A stretch of 64,000 nucleotides of DNA from Eutreptiella sp. 'Long Island Sound 2002' (lineage: Eukaryota; Protista; Euglenida). The translations under genes were made by a program, and so were the position numbers. Within the stretch, counting starts at the first letter, position 1. Each line of letters begins with the position of its first letter. The stretch is taken from the NCBI GenBank assembly GCA_964036045.1, contig OZ038378.1, positions 183,148,001-183,212,000 of the forward strand. The letters are read 5' to 3'. This document shows, piece after piece, positions 62,801 to 64,000 of this stretch. The notes below the pieces were generated by a model, which had not been told where the DNA came from, did not search any database, and saw nothing but the letters and a program-made list of their open reading frames with translations.

Positions 62801-64000
62801 GCAGAGCCTGAGTCTGGTGCCGCCTTTACAAGGATAAACCAAGGTCATCACGCTTCTGAACAGAGATTCACAAAACCACCGATGGGCGGGAATTGTTTTA
62901 AAGGGGAGGGGGGGTCTTGCACCACATGAAAAACAACTTGTGTGGTCTATTGATGGCATCCATGTGATCAGAACTTGTGTAGGAGGGGGCAAGAGAAAAG
63001 ATGTTTGGTGGTTGTTGAGGGGTTTGGCCGACACAGTGGACACAGTTGTTATGGAGCCACCTGATGGGTGCACGGTGCGCAGTGCACACTTTTCACTCTT
63101 TTGCACCACTTTCATCCCCTTTGCCCCCACTTTGACACCAACAATGGCTTTGGCTGTGGCACTATGTTTGACTGGTTGGGTGGTCTCTGCAGGCCTAGTG
63201 CTTTGATAGTCACACTGCAGGTCAGACGGGATGGCCTTTGGAATACATGGCGTCCAAAGTCTACCGAAAAAAGGCGAGCTGAGTGACGGTGAGCCCGTTG
63301 GCAGATTGCAACCAAGGTTTGCAAAGAGGACGGGGGGATTGCCGGGGAGGAAGGATTCACAGGCGACTCCTGGGTAATTGCTCAAAGAACCAGTGTCGTG
63401 GAGTGCATGGAGTAAGTCCCCTTTGCAGACTGGCTACACCTGATACAAAATTGGTTGCAGTGGGCATTGCTACACCAAAAGGCATCCCAAAGCCTAAAAT
63501 TGCATCGAAACTGAGAACGCGGAAGCGGAACAGAACAGACATGAAAACAGCACAGAACGGACGAGAAACTAGGGAACAGGCATTTGCAATGATGACAATA
63601 CTGTACAGCCCAAGGTCTTCCAAGGGGCGTCGTTTGCTTGGGTAATACAACTTTGGGTTCCAATTTCTGCCCAGGCGGATTTTTTTTGGGGGTCTGTAAC
63701 ATCCGCCTGAGCAGAATATCCCCCCCCCCCCCCAAATTGAACTGTCAGCTGAAGCTTGCTCTGCTAGGCAGTGCCCTGTCGCCTCTGAGATGGCGTGCCA
63801 ACCTTAGGGGGTCCTAAGGGGAAGGGGTGTACAACCGCAAGCACGGGCCATGTTGGCCCGCCTCCCCCCTTGGGCGTGCACGTCCGTCAGCGATCCAGCG
63901 GTGCAGCCTCCCTCCTCCTGCTCCCTGCCTTCCCTTCCCCCCCGACACCCTCCCTTGCAGTACCAATAGTACAAGGGCTACCAAGGACAGTGCAGTGTAT

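Noticed and set aside
62795-63385. 196-aa ORF with a PHD-like CFSC...WFCE fragment
   Set aside because: Too few ligands in the right spacing, no start or splice support, and comparable ORFs exist on the other strand.
1-64000. rRNA, tRNA, SL-RNA or snRNA genes
   Set aside because: No recognisable conserved sequence or cloverleaf was found by eye. A covariance-model search would be needed to exclude them.

Overview
Repeat-dense eukaryotic nuclear DNA, most likely from a photosynthetic euglenid. This is inferred from a plastid enzyme with the two-hydrophobic-domain (class I) euglenophyte presequence and from polypyrimidine-AG acceptors just upstream of the ATGs. Three host genes are supported: a two-exon DUF3431 membrane protein (-), a two-exon TB2/DP1/HVA22 protein (+), and an intronless zeta-carotene desaturase (ZDS, +). 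A short secreted Cys-rich ORF is a probable fourth. Most of the rest is nested mobile DNA and tandem repeats. The best lead is a young 5'-truncated non-LTR retrotransposon (8349-12583). It has a 17-bp target-site duplication made of a C12 run plus TGCAA, no poly(A) tail, a ~120-aa insertion inside the RT palm, and a ~600-aa low-complexity C-terminal extension. Also present: three PIF/Harbinger deletion derivatives with 3-bp TSDs, several unclassified TIR elements (nested palindromes plus a Myb-like ORF; TA-TSD with internal direct repeats; a SAP-only ORF), a foldback-like inverted 15-bp minisatellite, and a dimeric satellite. No rRNA, tRNA, SL-RNA or CRISPR features were recognised. All family assignments come from motif recognition by eye; no database search was run.
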